Assembly: GCA_041657425.1 (NCBI GenBank)
Contig: JBBABY010000002.1
Span: forward strand, 30,001-62,000
Direction: 5' to 3'
From: an archaeon
GTDB lineage: Archaea > Iainarchaeota > Iainarchaeia > Iainarchaeales > CSSED10-239
DNA length: 32,000 nucleotides
In this document: piece by piece, positions 8,353 through 15,568 of the stretch
Layout: each line of letters opens with the position of its first letter
How positions within the stretch are numbered: the stretch's first letter is position 1
Notes under the pieces: generated by a model
What the model was told of the DNA's origin: nothing
Database searches by the model: none
The model's input: only the letters and a program-made list of their open reading frames with translations
Translations under genes and position numbers: made by a program

Positions 8353-8493
8353 TTATTGTGGTGTTGACATTTGTGAATTTTTGTAATCTTTAAGACATTT
8401 TATACTACAAAACCATTTATCTTTATACGATAACCCAGAAGCTATTATCTTCTGCTTACATTGTTCACATTCTATTTTTACATCTGCTGGCAT
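8353..8493 (-). CDS. Small zinc-ribbon / TRASH-like protein, 46 aa (MPADVKIECEQCKQKIIASGLSYKDKWFCSIKCLKDYKNSQMSTPQ)
   Basis: Hand-translated and below the ORF-track size cutoff. It has a CxxC ... FCSxxC cysteine pattern. Confidence 0.35.
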   Translation of the reverse strand: MPADVKIECEQCKQKIIASGLSYKDKWFCSIKCLKDYKNSQMSTPQ

Positions 8494-8552
8494 AACCTAC
8501 CACCTCTATCTATAGGTATTATATTAAAGATTGAGCTTTTAAATCCATTTGT

Positions 8553-9005
8553 TTAATCTATTGTAGAAGTAGATTTCAAGTCTTTATAATATTTTTCTGA
8601 AAGATATACTTTTCCCTTTAATAATCTGTCAAGATATACTTTTTCGGGCTTTAGCCCATCTCTTGTTTTTACTGCAAAATACACTTCACAAAGTATTTCT
8701 TTATCTAATGCATTTACAATTAATTGTTTTCTTACATAATGCTCTGGAACACATTCATATTTATCTAATTTACTTATTGCAATAGAATCTATTTCAAAAA
8801 TTATTCCTTCAACTACAGAATTTTCTTTTGGTTCTATATTTGCATAACCCTTCTTTGGGTTTTCAATATTTCTTGGAGTTTTATTAAATCTAAGTTCATA
8901 ACCTAATAGCTTCCCACAAGAAAAAAATTTATAATTAGCGATCCCAATTCTTTCATCCATTTGTCTTTCAGACATATTTGAACCATAAGCAAAATAGTAG
9001 ACCAT
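8553..9005 (-). CDS. Gamma-glutamylcyclotransferase-like (GGCT/AIG2 fold) protein
   Basis: 150-aa ORF beginning MVYYFAYGSNMSERQM, the YxxYGSNM/L N-terminal signature of GGCT. A central EGIIFEI segment is consistent with the catalytic Glu region. Confidence 0.75.
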   Translation of the reverse strand: MVYYFAYGSNMSERQMDERIGIANYKFFSCGKLLGYELRFNKTPRNIENPKKGYANIEPKENSVVEGIIFEIDSIAISKLDKYECVPEHYVRKQLIVNALDKEILCEVYFAVKTRDGLKPEKVYLDRLLKGKVYLSEKYYKDLKSTSTID

Positions 9006-9061
9006 AAATAAATTAGAGACGACACTTATAAAAAGAATTTCTGGGATAATTAGATTAAGAA

Positions 9062-9592
9062 TTAATAAATTTTAAATTCAATTTGATTTAAGTTTTTTCC
9101 CGTAATTATACATTGAGATATCTTTTCTCCAGATTCGTATTTAAGATTTAATTTAACAGAAACTATCATATATCCAGAAAATGGATTAAATATATTACCA
9201 TCTACAGAATTTAATTCCAATATAGAATCTGGAAAAAATATTTTATCTGAGTCCTTAGAATAATTATAATCAAAATAAATCTTTTGTAATGAAACACATA
9301 ATGATTTAGTCATTACTTCTTTTACTTTCCCCGAAAATGTATCAATACTATCATAAAAATTATCCATAAAATATTTTTCATCATTAGATAGTTCTATATT
9401 AAACTCTAGATTTGATGTTTTTAATAACTCATTATTAATAACTCTTAAAGAAGTATTACTACTAACTTTATATTCTCTAGTTTTGTCCGTTGAATTTGAT
9501 GTTACTCTATTTATTGAATTAATAACTATAATCAATAAAATAATTATTACTAAAACAATAATTATCCAATGCCATCTTTTTAATTTTAACAT
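9062..9592 (-). CDS. Hypothetical N-terminally membrane-anchored protein
   Basis: 176-aa ORF with the N-terminal hydrophobic anchor WHWIIIVLVIIILLIIVI. The remainder is Asn/Ser/Lys-rich with no recognisable motif. Confidence 0.5.
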   Translation of the reverse strand: MLKLKRWHWIIIVLVIIILLIIVINSINRVTSNSTDKTREYKVSSNTSLRVINNELLKTSNLEFNIELSNDEKYFMDNFYDSIDTFSGKVKEVMTKSLCVSLQKIYFDYNYSKDSDKIFFPDSILELNSVDGNIFNPFSGYMIVSVKLNLKYESGEKISQCIITGKNLNQIEFKIY

Positions 9593-9664
9593 ATCAAAAT
9601 AATATAATAAAACATTTTTTATATCTATTTACCATAGAAACCAAGAAAAAATTTAAATGAACTA

Positions 9665-9703
9665 ATAGAAAAAAGAAAAAAGAAAAAACCAAATGGTTTT
9701 TTC
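9665..9703 (-). terminator. Hairpin plus T-tract terminator downstream of ftsZ
   Basis: On the minus strand this reads GAAAAAACCATTTGGTTTTTTC, a near-perfect inverted repeat. It is followed by TTTTTTCTTTTTTC and lies about 30 nt after the ftsZ stop. Confidence 0.45.
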
Positions 9704-9732
9704 CTGTTTTGAGATGTATGTGTATGTTACAC

Positions 9733-10833
9733 TTATAACATATCTATACCGAAATCATCGTTATATCTTCCGGATCCTCTACCTGAGTTGCTTACTGGTT
9801 GGTTTCCGCCTGTAAACTTCTTACTTCCTTTTATGAAAGGTGACTTAACTCCTGTAAAGATAGCGATTACTTCTAATTTGTTCTCGAATGTTGGATCGAT
9901 TCTTGCACCCCAAATAACTTGAGCGTTAGGATCAATTTGTTCTGTTAACATTTCACCAACAGCGTTTGCTTCACCTAATGTTAATTCAGTTCCACCTGTA
10001 ATGTGTATTAAACATCCTGTAGCACCTGTAATATCAACATCTAATAAAGCGTTCTTTAAAGTGTCTTCAACTACTTCATCAACTTTATTTACTGATTGTG
10101 ATTCTCCAACAGCAATAACTGATAATCCTTTACCACCCATAACTGTTCTAATATCTGCGTAATCTAAGTTAATTAATGAAGGTTGTGTGATTGTTTCTGT
10201 AATTCCTCTTACTGCTCTTGCGATTACTTCATCAGCAACCTTGAAAGCGTCTTGTACTGGTAAGTTAGGAACTAATTCAACTAATCTGTTGTTATCGATT
10301 ACAACAACTGTATCACATATATCTTTTAAGATGTCTATTCCTTCTTCAGCTTTCTTCATTCTTGCTCTTTCTAAAGCAAAAGGGTATGTAACAATTGCAA
10401 CTACGATTGCACCTTGTTGTTTAGCTATTTGAGCAACTACTGGAGCAGCTCCTGTACCTGTTCCTCCACCCATTCCAGCTGTAATGAATAAAAGATCAAC
10501 ACCATCTAATATTTCTTCTAATGCAGCCTTGGATACTTCAGCAGCCTTTGCACCAACTTCTGGATATGCACCTGCACCAAGTCCGTTTGTAACTGACTTT
10601 CCGATTAATAACTTAGTAATATCATCTGATATAATTCCTAAGTGAGCTCTATCTGTGTTTACAGCAATTAATTCTGCACCTGCAACTCCCATTGCTGAGA
10701 TTCTGTTTACAGAGTTATTTCCTGCTCCACCAACACCTATTACCATAATCTTTGGTGCTGCGAATTCGCCGTCTTTTGCGTATTCAGCATTATTGCTTTT
10801 TGCGCTAACAGCATTGTTTATTAATGACTTCAT
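9733..10833 (-). CDS. ftsZ: Cell division GTPase FtsZ
   Basis: Tubulin signature [19 protein letters not shown], and a C-terminal conserved peptide DDFGIDML. I place the start at the internal Met (MKSLINN...) because GAGGTG lies about 9 nt upstream of it. The 14-codon extension in the ORF track has no such support. Confidence 0.95.
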   Translation of the reverse strand: MKSLINNAVSAKSNNAEYAKDGEFAAPKIMVIGVGGAGNNSVNRISAMGVAGAELIAVNTDRAHLGIISDDITKLLIGKSVTNGLGAGAYPEVGAKAAEVSKAALEEILDGVDLLFITAGMGGGTGTGAAPVVAQIAKQQGAIVVAIVTYPFALERARMKKAEEGIDILKDICDTVVVIDNNRLVELVPNLPVQDAFKVADEVIARAVRGITETITQPSLINLDYADIRTVMGGKGLSVIAVGESQSVNKVDEVVEDTLKNALLDVDITGATGCLIHITGGTELTLGEANAVGEMLTEQIDPNAQVIWGARIDPTFENKLEVIAIFTGVKSPFIKGSKKFTGGNQPVSNSGRGSGRYNDDFGIDML

Positions 10834-11044
10834 GTTTTTTTTACACCTCATTTTTTCTTTTTTCCACATTATCAAGATTTCTCAATAGAAACCCCACAAA
10901 GAATAAAAAGGAGCCTTTAATACGCTTCTTTTGCTTTATTCTTGGAAAAATACATTCTAATTATATCTATATGAACCAAAAGGTTTTTAAATACTTCTGT
11001 TTTCAAGAAAAAAATCACTATAAAAGTAGAAATGGACACCTAAA

Positions 11045-11300
11045 GTTCGAAAAACAGTCCAACACTTTGCTTAACTTCATAAGATCTCGGATCCGCAACC
11101 CAAAAAGCAATGGGTGTCTAGAATACTGCTGTTTCCTTCCGGACCTCACAGGATTAGCTAGATCATCCACTCTCCTTGGACGAATCGTCGGCAACCTTAC
11201 AAAGGACAAAATATTGCTTATTTCCCTCACTCTAGGCAAAACCCCAGCATATGCGGATTTCTGGTTACAAGAGACCGCAAGCCCCCCAGTCTGTCCAATA
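11045..11300 (-). ncRNA. ffs: Signal recognition particle RNA (archaeal 7S-type), ends approximate
   Basis: A relatively GC-rich island in AT-rich DNA. The minus strand contains GGUCCGGAAGGAAACAGC (complement of 11128-11145), the helix-8 motif with a GGAA tetraloop, closed by UCUAG/CUAGA. A GACG-AUU-CGUC hairpin lies upstream (helix 6-like) and UGUAAC sits near the 5' end (Alu-domain-like). The 5' GGACAG can pair with the 3' CUGUUU, which is followed by a U-run. Confidence 0.8.
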
Positions 11301-11319
11301 TATTTAGGCAGGAAACTGT

Positions 11320-11327
11320 TTATATAG
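11320..11327 (-). promoter_or_regulatory. Putative TATA box for the SRP RNA gene
   Basis: The minus strand reads CTATATAA, centred about 27 nt upstream of the proposed SRP RNA 5' end (about 11296). Confidence 0.35.
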
Positions 11328-11625
11328 CTATTCTTTTGACCAAAAAATTCTAGTTCCCTAACAAAAACAAACCCATTTATAAATAAAAACCTTGTTTCTC
11401 AAATAATGTTATAAATGCTTTAACTTTAATTTAAAGTGTTACTTTTGCTTTAATTTTCTGTAGTTTTACAATGGCATCTCAAAAAAACACAAAGATCTGG
11501 CAAATCCCCAAAAGAACAGAATAGTAAAGCTTTAAAAGACCATGCTTATCTTATATATATAGTATGTATAAAGATATTAAAACTGTTCTTCATACATAAA
11601 ATAAATTTTTCGGAGGAAAAAAAAC

Positions 11626-11832
11626 ATGAGTGACGACTATAGAGGTCCAAGAGGAAATGATAGAAACGGTGGAGGTTCAAGAGGAAACTTCTCAAGAAAC
11701 ACAGGACCTAGAGAAATGCATAAAGCAACTTGTTCAAAGTGCGGTAAAGAATGTGAAGTTCCATTCAAACCTATGGAAGGCAAGCCAGTTTATTGTAGAG
11801 ATTGTTATATGAGTATGAAGAACGAACAGTAA
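11626..11832 (+). CDS. CxxC-x17-CxxC domain protein with Arg/Gly-rich N-terminus
   Basis: 68-aa ORF. CSKC-(17 residues)-CRDC has exactly the CxxC-x17-CxxC spacing, with the typical EVPFKP...KPVYCRDC context. GGAGG lies 10 nt upstream of the ATG. Confidence 0.7.
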   Translation: MSDDYRGPRGNDRNGGGSRGNFSRNTGPREMHKATCSKCGKECEVPFKPMEGKPVYCRDCYMSMKNEQ

Positions 11833-11859
11833 AGCATATTATAAATATAATAACCATTG

Positions 11860-11891
11860 ATAATTGATTTTTATAATCAATTATTTTTTTT
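11860..11891 (+). terminator. Perfect 10-bp hairpin plus T7 terminator
   Basis: ATAATTGATT (11860-11869), loop TTTAT, AATCAATTAT (11875-11884), then TTTTTTT. It lies about 30 nt after the stop of the 11626 ORF. Confidence 0.55.
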
Positions 11892-12061
11892 AATTTCTTT
11901 TTCTTAATTTTTAAATTACAAGCTTTGCTATCAGACTAAATTCTTGTTTATTTATATTTATTTCTATTTTATATATAATATAAGACCTTATACCTAAATC
12001 TAACTATGTGGTAATAGGAGAGTTTTTAGATGTTTGATAAAACACGGAGGAGAAACAAAGT

Positions 12062-13981
12062 ATGAAAGTAAATGTAAAGTTTCCTGATGGAAATATAAAA
12101 GAAGTTGAATCAGGAAAAAAAGCAAAAGATGTAATCCTTGAACATATTGGCGAAGGATTATTAAGAATAGCAATTGCTGTAAAAATTAACGGACAATTAA
12201 AAGATTTAGAAACTCCTATTACCACTGATACTGACTTTTTAGTTATAACTTACAAAGACCTAGATGGTAAACACATCTTCTGGCATAGTTCTTCACACAT
12301 AATGGCTCTAGCTATCAAAAGATTATTTCCAAATGTGAAGTTTGCAATTGGTCCATCAATTGAAGAAGGATTCTATTATGATGTAGATATCAATAGAGCA
12401 TTCACTGACGAAGAACTCATTAAGATTGAAGAAGAAGTAAATAAAATAATTAAAGAAGACTTAAAGTTTGAAAGACATGAAGTAAATTTCAGTAAAGCTT
12501 TAGAATTATTTAAAGACGAACCATATAAACTAGAAATGATAAATGAACTTAAAGAAAAAGGAGAATCTTTATCATATTACCAACTAGGAGACTTCATTGA
12601 TCTCTGTAGAGGACCACACATTCCTTCTTCAGGAAAGATCAAAGCATTTAAGGTATTAAAAGCAGCAGGAGCCTACTGGAGAGGAGATGCAAAGAACAAA
12701 CAACTTCAAAGAATCTATGGAGTGTCTTATAATTCTTCAACAGAACTTAAAGAATACTTAACAAGAATTGAAGAAGCAGCTAAAAGAGATCATAGAAAGA
12801 TTGGAAGAGAATTAGATCTTTACAGTTTCCAAGAAGAAGCACCAGGTATGCCTTTCTTTCATTCTAAAGGAACAATTATTTGGAATAAACTTGTAGAGTT
12901 CTTAACTGAAAAACTATATGAAAGAAACTATGAGATTAATAAAACTCCAATGATTCTAAACAAATCATTATGGTTACAATCAGGACATTGGGATCACTAT
13001 AAAGACAATATGTATTTTACAAAGATTGATGACGCAGACTATGCAGTTAAACCAATGAACTGTCCAGGAAATCTTTTAATCTATAAAGCACATCAATACT
13101 CTTATAGAGACTTACCTATCAGAGCAGGAGAATTTGGATTAGTTCATAGACATGAACTTTCTGGTGCTCTTTCAGGAATGTTTAGAGTTAGATGCTTTAC
13201 TCAAGATGATGCTCATGTATTTTGTACAAGAGATCAAATGAAAGACGAATTAACAGACTTAATTAATTTCATTGATGAAGTTTACAAAACTTTTGGTTTT
13301 TCCTATCACATGGAACTATCAACTAAACCAGAAGGAGCAATGGGAGATCCTAAGGATTGGGATTTAGCAGAAAGCACATTAAAAGCAGTACTTGATGAAA
13401 CAAGTAAAGAGTATAAACTTAATCCAGGAGACGGAGCTTTCTATGGGCCTAAGATTGACTTCCATTTGAAAGACGCAATTGGAAGAGATTGGCAATGTGG
13501 AACAATACAACTTGATTTCCAAATGCCTGAAAAGTTTAATTTAACTTACGAAGGTCCAAACAATGAAAAGATGAGACCAGTAATGCTTCACCGTGCAATC
13601 TACGGAAGTGTTGAAAGGTTCCTTGGAATCCTTGTTGAAAACTTTGAAGGAAAGTTTCCATTGTGGCTCTCTCCTGTCCAAGTAATTGTGCTTCCAATCG
13701 CTGACAGACATAATGACTATGCTTATGCAATTGCTGATGTCTTAAAAGAAGAAGGACTAAGAACAACAGTTGATGATGCTGCACTAACAATGAACAAAAA
13801 GATAAGAAATGCTGAACTTTCAAAGATCAACTACATCCTTGTTGTTGGAGACGCAGAAGAACAAAACCAAACAATCAATGTTAGAACAAGAGACAATGAA
13901 ATCCTTGGAGAAAGCAAGGTTTCAGAATTCATCAAGGCATTGAAGGAAGAAATCATTGAGAAAAGAATTACAAGGAAGTAA
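12062..13981 (+). CDS. thrS: Threonyl-tRNA synthetase (TGS plus bacterial/eukaryal-type N2 editing domain plus class II core plus anticodon-binding domain)
   Basis: 639-aa ORF with the editing-site motifs HSSSHIMALAIKRLFP and DLCRGPH. Class II motifs are present (FRVRCFTQDDAH, HRAIYGSVERF). GGAGG lies 11 nt upstream. Confidence 0.95.
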   Translation: MKVNVKFPDGNIKEVESGKKAKDVILEHIGEGLLRIAIAVKINGQLKDLETPITTDTDFLVITYKDLDGKHIFWHSSSHIMALAIKRLFPNVKFAIGPSIEEGFYYDVDINRAFTDEELIKIEEEVNKIIKEDLKFERHEVNFSKALELFKDEPYKLEMINELKEKGESLSYYQLGDFIDLCRGPHIPSSGKIKAFKVLKAAGAYWRGDAKNKQLQRIYGVSYNSSTELKEYLTRIEEAAKRDHRKIGRELDLYSFQEEAPGMPFFHSKGTIIWNKLVEFLTEKLYERNYEINKTPMILNKSLWLQSGHWDHYKDNMYFTKIDDADYAVKPMNCPGNLLIYKAHQYSYRDLPIRAGEFGLVHRHELSGALSGMFRVRCFTQDDAHVFCTRDQMKDELTDLINFIDEVYKTFGFSYHMELSTKPEGAMGDPKDWDLAESTLKAVLDETSKEYKLNPGDGAFYGPKIDFHLKDAIGRDWQCGTIQLDFQMPEKFNLTYEGPNNEKMRPVMLHRAIYGSVERFLGILVENFEGKFPLWLSPVQVIVLPIADRHNDYAYAIADVLKEEGLRTTVDDAALTMNKKIRNAELSKINYILVVGDAEEQNQTINVRTRDNEILGESKVSEFIKALKEEIIEKRITRK

Positions 13982-13987
13982 AAAACT

Positions 13988-14518
13988 ATGAAATATCAAT
14001 GGACTGAACTTGATTCAAATCTTGCAATTTTAGAAGACTGGAATATTCAAAAAGTTGGAAATATTATATTTGTAGTTTCTAAATCTCCTCCTCCATATGA
14101 TGAAGCATATGTATTATATCACAAAAAAAATAATAAAACCTTTCTATTAGTAAGTGATTTAAAGTTAAATAGCTTTACTCATATTGAACTATTCAACACT
14201 CTTTTAAAAATTGCAAAAATACCAAAAGACACCAAATTTATAGATTGTATTTCTGGATTAGTATTCCTAAAAAAAACCAGAAGTAATAAATGGTATAAAA
14301 CAGTTCCTGCGGGGCCAGAAACATTTGTATTTAATAATTTAAGATCTTCAGATCCAGAATTTAAAAATATAGAACTCATCGAGAAATTACTACAAAAAGG
14401 CACCAAATTTGGTAGCGATTTTAAAATACCAAAACTAACACCAAAAAGAACAGACGAACCAAAGATTAAATTACCACAAAAGGTAAAACCAAAAATACCA
14501 ATAAGAAGATTAAAATAA
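13988..14518 (+). CDS. Hypothetical protein, paralog A of a tandem pair, Lys/Pro-rich C-terminal tail
   Basis: 176-aa ORF starting 6 nt after the thrS stop. It shares IPKDTKFIDCISGLVF..WYKTVPAGPE and the tail PKIKLPQKVKPKIPIRRLK with the next ORF. No family was recognised. Confidence 0.6.
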   Translation: MKYQWTELDSNLAILEDWNIQKVGNIIFVVSKSPPPYDEAYVLYHKKNNKTFLLVSDLKLNSFTHIELFNTLLKIAKIPKDTKFIDCISGLVFLKKTRSNKWYKTVPAGPETFVFNNLRSSDPEFKNIELIEKLLQKGTKFGSDFKIPKLTPKRTDEPKIKLPQKVKPKIPIRRLK

Positions 14519-14527
14519 AGAAAAAAC

Positions 14528-15130
14528 ATGAAATACTACCAACATGTAATTGATCCAGCAAATGCAAATATGAATCATTGGCAATTACATAAATCCAATG
14601 GATTTACATTCATATTGCCAAAAGCAGATCACAATTTTGATCGCAATTATTCAATATTATTTCAGGAACATAAAAAAGAGAACATAGTTATCATCTCTCC
14701 AAGCCCAATGGCTCAACATGGACAACAATTAAATGTTTTATTTAAGTATCTTAAATTACCAAAAGAAACAAAACATTTAGATTGCTTACTAGGAACTCAT
14801 TTTGCAAGACACGAGAATCTGTCTTGGGGAAGAACTGTAGCTCCTAATCCTGAAAATATATTATATGATATTTCTAATAAAAATTTAATTGTGAATCCAA
14901 AAGAATTAACCCCAAAAGAATTATTACTTACAACATATATTGAAAAAACATTTTCAAATTATCTTAAATATGCAAAGAAAATTTACGATATATTTGAGAA
15001 AACAGATAGATTAATTAAATTTGATATTAAAGAGATCATACCAAAGCCAATTTTAAAAAAAGAAGCAAAACCAAAAATTAAATCGCCACAAAGAGTAAAA
15101 TTAAAACTACCAATTAGAAAATTAAAATAG
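14528..15130 (+). CDS. Hypothetical protein, paralog B of a tandem pair, Lys/Pro-rich C-terminal tail
   Basis: 200-aa ORF starting 9 nt after paralog A. It has the matching segments LPKETKHLDCLLGTHF..WGRTVAPNPE and the tail PKIKSPQRVKLKLPIRKLK. Confidence 0.6.
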   Translation: MKYYQHVIDPANANMNHWQLHKSNGFTFILPKADHNFDRNYSILFQEHKKENIVIISPSPMAQHGQQLNVLFKYLKLPKETKHLDCLLGTHFARHENLSWGRTVAPNPENILYDISNKNLIVNPKELTPKELLLTTYIEKTFSNYLKYAKKIYDIFEKTDRLIKFDIKEIIPKPILKKEAKPKIKSPQRVKLKLPIRKLK

Positions 15131-15139
15131 GACTAAATT

Positions 15140-15550
15140 ATGAAAATATTTATTATAGCAAGCAAACACAATTATCATAGAATTGAAGAAATAAAGATAG
15201 AGCTTGAAAAGAAAGGACATATAATTACTTTACCTAATAGTTTCGATGATCCTTTTATAGAAGAAAGATTTAAACTAGAAAGTTTTGAAAAACATCAGAA
15301 ATTCAAAGCAGAAATGTTTCTGTTGCAAAGAAAAAAAGTTGCAGAGAATGATGCAGTATTAGTAATTAACTTTGAAAAACGTGGAATTCCTAATTACTTA
15401 GGAGGAGCAACATTCTTAGAAATGTATGAAGCATTTCTGCAAGAGAAGAAAATCTTCATGTACAATCCAATACCAGACGGGATATTAAAAGATGAAATTG
15501 AAGGATTTAATCCTATAATAATTAATGGAAATCTAGAATTAATTAAGTAA
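15140..15550 (+). CDS. Nucleoside 2-deoxyribosyltransferase-like protein
   Basis: 136-aa ORF with a flavodoxin-like pattern: MKIFIIAS at the N-terminus, then NDAVLVIN...GGATFLEMYEAFLQEKKIFMY. This resembles the sGTxxExGxAxxxgKP segment of the Nuc_deoxyrib_tr-like families. Confidence 0.45.
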   Translation: MKIFIIASKHNYHRIEEIKIELEKKGHIITLPNSFDDPFIEERFKLESFEKHQKFKAEMFLLQRKKVAENDAVLVINFEKRGIPNYLGGATFLEMYEAFLQEKKIFMYNPIPDGILKDEIEGFNPIIINGNLELIK

Positions 15551-15568
15551 ATTTTAAATGGCGATAAG

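Noticed and set aside
10834-10875. 14-codon N-terminal extension of FtsZ ([14 protein letters not shown]) in the ORF track
   Set aside because: The internal ATG at 10833 has a GAGGTG SD at the correct spacing. FtsZ homology also begins just after it, so the extension is probably untranslated.
11033-11308. Longer SRP RNA boundaries based on GCCUAAA / UUUAGGU pairing outside the proposed ends
   Set aside because: A 5' end at about 11308 would sit only about 15 nt from the TATA-like box. The U-run after CUGUUU also looks like the terminator. I kept this only as an uncertainty on the ends.
10824-11327. 167-aa plus-strand ORF, and the 73-aa minus-strand ORF at 11018-11239, in the ftsZ-upstream region
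   Set aside because: Both lie over the SRP RNA gene. Their translations are compositionally odd, neither has an SD, and the region is explained by a conserved structured RNA.
11630-11812. 60-aa alternative-frame ORF inside the CxxC-x17-CxxC gene
   Set aside because: It is on the same strand, shifted one frame, and begins 4 nt after the SD-supported ATG. The other frame carries the conserved Cys motif.
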